DNA of 64,000 nucleotides from an uncultured Verrucomicrobiae bacterium. Its GTDB lineage: Bacteria > Verrucomicrobiota > Verrucomicrobiia > Chthoniobacterales > Chthoniobacteraceae. The notes under the pieces are model-generated. The model saw only the letters and a program-made list of their open reading frames with translations, searched no databases and had not been told where the DNA came from. Below, in pieces: positions 59,721 to 64,000 of the stretch. Numbering within the stretch: position 1 is the stretch's first letter; each line of letters opens with the position of its first letter. Location: positions 128,001 through 192,000 of the forward strand of contig CAVYKI010000002.1 of the NCBI GenBank assembly GCA_963769025.1, read 5' to 3'. The position numbers and the translations under genes are program-made.

Positions 59721-60864
59721 TTCGGCGATCCGTCATTTTGCGCCTCGGTCCAGAAAACGCGAAAGCCCGATTCGACAGCCACGACGCGCGGATGCTGTGC
59801 GGATGCCTTTGCCGGGGAGAGGAGGACGGAATCGCGCCAGGTCTTTCCGCCGTCCTTCGAGATCGAGCCACGCACGCACGGGACATCGTTTTCCACGCTG
59901 TCCCAGACGATGGCGATGGCGCCGGACGGTGATGAGGCGGCGGCGGGATTCCGGGCGATGCTGCCGCCGAGCGGCTGCGGTTCGGACCATGTGGCGCCGG
60001 CGTCGCGCGACGTGAGGTGATACACGCCGGCTCGGTTTTCCATGCCGCTCCAGACGGCGGCGTGCAGCGAGCCTTCGGGCCCGATGCACATTCCCGAGCC
60101 GACTTCGGGGCAGCCGTTGAATTGCCAGCCGAAGGCGCCGACGGTCACCGGACTTTTCCACATCCCGCCGGTCAGCGAGGCGGACGCCATGTCGCGCGGC
60201 GATTTGGCGCGGTAGAGCACCCACGCGCCGCCTTGCGGCGACGCGAGCAGGGTGTTCAGGCAGCATTCGCAGGTCTCGGGGGCGATGGTTTGATTTGCGG
60301 ACCACGTCCTCCCATCGTCGGTCGAAGTCGCGCCGCGCAGGCCGCGCTTGCCGGCGCGGTTGTCGAGCCAGACGAGGTGGAAGGCGCCATGGCTGTCGGC
60401 GGCGATGTCGATGAAGTTGTGTCCTTCGGTCGAACGATCGTCCGCCGGGTTTGGCCCGGGCTTCCACGTTTTTCCGCCGTCGCTGGAAAGTGCGGTCGCC
60501 ATCGGTCCGCCGCCCCAGGCATCGGTGCCGGGGCTTTGCCAGACGGCGATCAGCTTTTCGCCGAATGCCGCGATCTGCGCATCGTTGCCCCGGCGCAGGC
60601 CGAAGGCGGGACGGTTGCCTGCATCCACGCGCACCGGTGCGGACCATGTCGCGCCGCCGTCGTCGGAGCGGACGGAATGCAATTCCGCGGTCTTGCTGTG
60701 CGGCTTGTATTCGCCTGAGAGCAGATGGATCGCTTTTCCCGACGTGGAAACATCGAGCGAACGAACGCCCGGCTGCGGTCCGTGGAGCATGCGGCGCGGC
60801 GGTCGCGAAGGACGCAGCCACCGCGATGCAGGGAGCAAGCAGCTGGCGGAGCGAAGCGAATCAT
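59690..60864 (-). CDS. BNR/Asp-box (sialidase-like) beta-propeller protein
   Basis: Repeated SxDGGxTW boxes, CECC and GCP motifs; 5' end frameshifted. Confidence 0.85.
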
Positions 60865-60866
60865 TT

Positions 60867-63009
60867 TCACCATTTGTATTCGATGCCGCCGTAGAAGCTG
60901 CGGCCGTCGCCGGGGAGGAATTGCGCCGAGTTGCTGTTGGTCGCCTGGCTGATGACGCCGGTGGTCGCGGCGTATTTTTCGTCGGTCAGATTCTTCGCCT
61001 CGAAATACACGGAGAAGCCGCGCTTGTTGCGCCAGCCGATTTTCGCGCCGAGCAGCGCGTAGGCGTCGGCGAAGAGCGTGCCGCGGGCATCCACGCGGTA
61101 GCCTTTCGGGACGTACTCGACATTGGGCCCGACGTAGAATCCGCACGGGTGCTCATACATCAGCTCGGCGCGGAGGTAGTGCTCGGGGATGCCCGCGAGC
61201 AGGCCGTTGCCGTAGGTGGGATCGTCGCTGTAACGGAAGTCATTCCACAGGTAGGCGGTGCGGAGGACGATCTTGTCCTCGGCGATCTCCACCGGCGCGG
61301 GGCTCTTGCCGTCTGGTTTGGCTGGGGCGGTGGCGGCACGCGCGAAAAGTCCGCGCACGACGTCCACATCGAGGCCGAACTCGACGCCCTGATGCGTGGT
61401 CCTTCCGGCGTTCACCGTCTGCGTCAGGCCTTGGGAGACTTGGAATTCGAGGAGCTCGTTGTCGAGCCAGCTGTAGTAGTAGGCGAAGTCCCACGCGACG
61501 CGCCCGCGCTTGCCGCGTGTGCCGAACTCCACGGTCGTTCCGGTCTGCGCGTCGAGCTTCACGAGGCCGGCGCCGTTGTTCGCGGCGTTCGTCAGCTCGC
61601 CGAAGGACGGCGGCTCGAAGCTGCGGCTCACATTCGTGAAGAACTGCACGTCCTTTGACGGCTGAAAGAGCAGCCCGGCCTTTGGGCTGAAGCCCCACTA
61701 TTCCTGCAGGTCGCTGTTGTCCACGCCGGTCGGGAAATCGTCGCGGTTCCGGCGGCGCGCGTAGGAGGCCTGGCCGCCGAGCGAGAGGGCGACGACTTCG
61801 TTGAACCAGAACTGATCCTGCGCGTACAGGTCGAGGTTCACGGAGGTCTGATGGTTGTCGGCAAACTTCGCGCCGCGCTGGCCGAGGTTGTTCGCGTAGC
61901 GGTTGTCCTCGATGATTCCCCACGTGGGCGAGAAGCCGATGGTGAACTGGTTTTTGTGGCCCGCGAGGTCGGCCTTGTAGTCGTAGCGGAGGTTGGCGCC
62001 GAAGTCGTTCGAGAGCTGGTCGATGACGAAGAGGATCGGGTGATCGAGATCCTTGTATGCCCAGAAGGTGCTGAGCGTGAGGCGATGGTCGCCTTCCTCC
62101 CAGGTCGTCCTGTTTGCGAGGCGGAAAAGGTCGAAGTCGCGTTTCCAGTTGCTGTCCACGTTGTCGAAGATTTTCGCCGTCGCGTTGCGCTGTGCCAGCC
62201 AGGGCGTGGTCTGGAGCTGGAGCTTCGTGAGGCTGCCGGGGAGCTCGGAGTCGGTCTGTCACGTAGGTGAGGTAGAAGCGCGTCTCGAGGTTCGGGTTGA
62301 GCTTGTAGCCGAAGTTCGCAAAGAACCGCTGGCTGTTCTGCTGGCTGTGCTCGCGAAATCCATCCTGCGAGGAATGCGAGAAGCTCGCGTAGAAATCGAA
62401 CGGCCCCTGCGCCCCCGCGGCGGTGACCTGCGCGCGGTAGCTGTCGTAGCTGCCGTATTCGAAACGCGTGCTGAAAGCGGGTGCGTTGTAGCCGGTCGGC
62501 GAGATGAAATTCACCGCTCCGCCGAGTGTCGTCGATCCGAACTCGAGCGCGTTCGCGCCGCGATAGACTTCGACCGCGGTCGCGGAGAGCGGCTCGACGG
62601 CCTGGAAGTCGAAGCCGCCGTCAGCGAGATTCAGCGGCACGCCGTCCTGGAGCAGCTTCAAGCCGCGCCCGTGGAAGGTGCGTTGGATGCCCGAGCCGCG
62701 GATGGAAATGCGCGCCTCCTCCGCTCCGAACCGTGGCTGGACGAATACGCCCGGAGCGTAGTCGAGCGCGTCCTTGAGCGTAGTCGCGCGGCCCTTTTTG
62801 TACGTCTCGGAGTCGATGACCGCGACGCCGCCCGGAGTGCGCCGGATTTCTTCGCGGAGGACTTCGATGGCGGGAGCCGTGAGGGAATTTTGCTTCGCGT
62901 TCACGACGGTCTCCGGCAGTTGACCGGGAGAGCGGGGCGCAGGATCCGCCGCGTTGGCGGACAGCGCGGCGATGGTGGTAGCCAGGATAAATGCAGGTTT
63001 GGATTTCAT
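60867..63009 (-). CDS. TonB-dependent receptor (frameshifts near 62260 and 61700)
   Basis: Signal peptide, LPETVV TonB box, ISIRGSG, LLQDGVP, EVYRGANA..FG..TLGGAVNF plug; C-terminal PGDGRSFYGGIEYKW. Confidence 0.93.
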
Positions 63010-63314
63010 GCGTGGAAAGAGAATGGGTGGGAGAGTGATTGTGCGTCCGAAAGGTCTTCCAGCGGAGGGCGGCGGAGCCGTCGCGGTCTATGAACATCAC
63101 GACGAGATTGTGTCGTGTGTGGCGCTTCCCAGGCGCTCGTGGCGGACTCGGGCCGCCCTCCGTGGAAAAAACCATGCACACCCGGACATTCAGACGCGGT
63201 GCGTCCGGGCGTGGGCGAAAGTGCGGGCGAATCCTAAGCTGAGACTTCGGTCGTGGATACGACCGTCAACGCCACGCGAATGCGCGGCGGCTCATGGGAG
63301 TGTGTTCGCCCTCG

Positions 63315-63701
63315 CTAGGCGAGGGGCGGGGGAACCGGCGGTGCTTCCGTGCGTCGCAAATCCATCCCGAGAAATTCCTGCCACTCCGCCTCCCCGCAAA
63401 CGGCCCGGTGCGGAAGCACCGCGGCATCACTGATGACGAGCTTGACCTCCTGCATCGCCTTCAGCGCCGGGGCCTCGGTCTGCGATTGTTTTTCTTCTTC
63501 GTGCCCGGCCGTTATCGCGACACAAAGGGCGCATGGATGTTCGCCGTCGAAGGTCGTTGCAACCGCGGCGGCCACGCCTGAGGTCTGCGCACGAGTCACA
63601 AGCATCCCCGTCCACGCCCCCACCTGGAGCACCGCCCAGTGCGCGCCGCTCAGATGGAGCGCGCAGGCGACGAGGATCAGCTTTCGCAACAGGGGTTTCA
63701 C
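63315..63701 (-). CDS. DUF2946/CruR-like leader membrane protein
   Basis: N-terminal hydrophobic segment, FDGEHPCALC (HxCxxC), C-terminal EAPPVPPP; directly upstream of the TBDR. Confidence 0.65.
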   Translation of the reverse strand: MKPLLRKLILVACALHLSGAHWAVLQVGAWTGMLVTRAQTSGVAAAVATTFDGEHPCALCVAITAGHEEEKQSQTEAPALKAMQEVKLVISDAAVLPHRAVCGEAEWQEFLGMDLRRTEAPPVPPPLA

Positions 63702-63992
63702 GCGCCTCGTTCGGTAGTTCAGCGGGTCGGGGCTGGTCAAGGGTGAAACCTAAAACTCCCTTTCGCGTCCAATGATGCGACTGGGCGCATTTTGCGAATA
63801 CCCTGATGCATCTCAGATGTCGTCCGTCGGTCCCCGAGAGGGGTACCGGCCCGGCCCGGCGGCATTCTCCGGGAGCGAATTTAAGCGTTGAAAACATTTA
63901 TCGGTTGTTTCCTCACCCGGCCCGGATGATGCTATGGAAATTATATAACGCTACTCCAAGTGAAAGCCCGTCTGACACTTGGGGGAAACACC

Positions 63993-64000
63993 ATGAACAG
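63993..64000 (+). other. Probable start of a CDS truncated by the window edge
   Basis: GGGGGA followed by ATG after an AT-rich promoter-like region. Confidence 0.3.

Noticed and set aside
57010..59886. 958-aa single protein
   Set aside because: Run-through of off-frame exbB/exbD/tonB sequence into the true gene starting at 57945.

Overview
GC-rich bacterial chromosomal segment, most consistent with a Verrucomicrobiota/PVC lineage. This is inferred from the DUF1549/DUF1553 + DUF1501 clusters, PVC-type heptamer and REP repeats, and the gene order. Housekeeping genes are kdsA-lptCAB-hpf, trxB, tRNA-Thr(TGT), an amidase, murI, hisD, a PPi-type pfk, gatCA and gltBD. Accessory modules are an NAD-linked formate dehydrogenase, two convergent DUF1553/DUF1501 loci, a SAM-I riboswitch controlling a thrC-like/ThiS-MoaD/NIL operon, an ECF sigma trio, a sugar ABC transporter, and a TonB-dependent uptake operon headed by a DUF2946/CruR-like leader ORF. 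Many essential genes carry single-base frameshifts, which I read as long-read indel errors, so I merged those ORF fragments; frameshift positions are approximate. The most unexplained element lies just after gltD (48.2-51.7 kb): a 12-copy, strictly phased, degenerate 21-bp array. It is followed by an all-helical protein with a Trp/Gly/Pro-rich leader, then two AT-richer genes bracketed by a 14-bp direct repeat. No CRISPR array, integrase or transposase was recognised. All family assignments come from motif recognition, not database searches.
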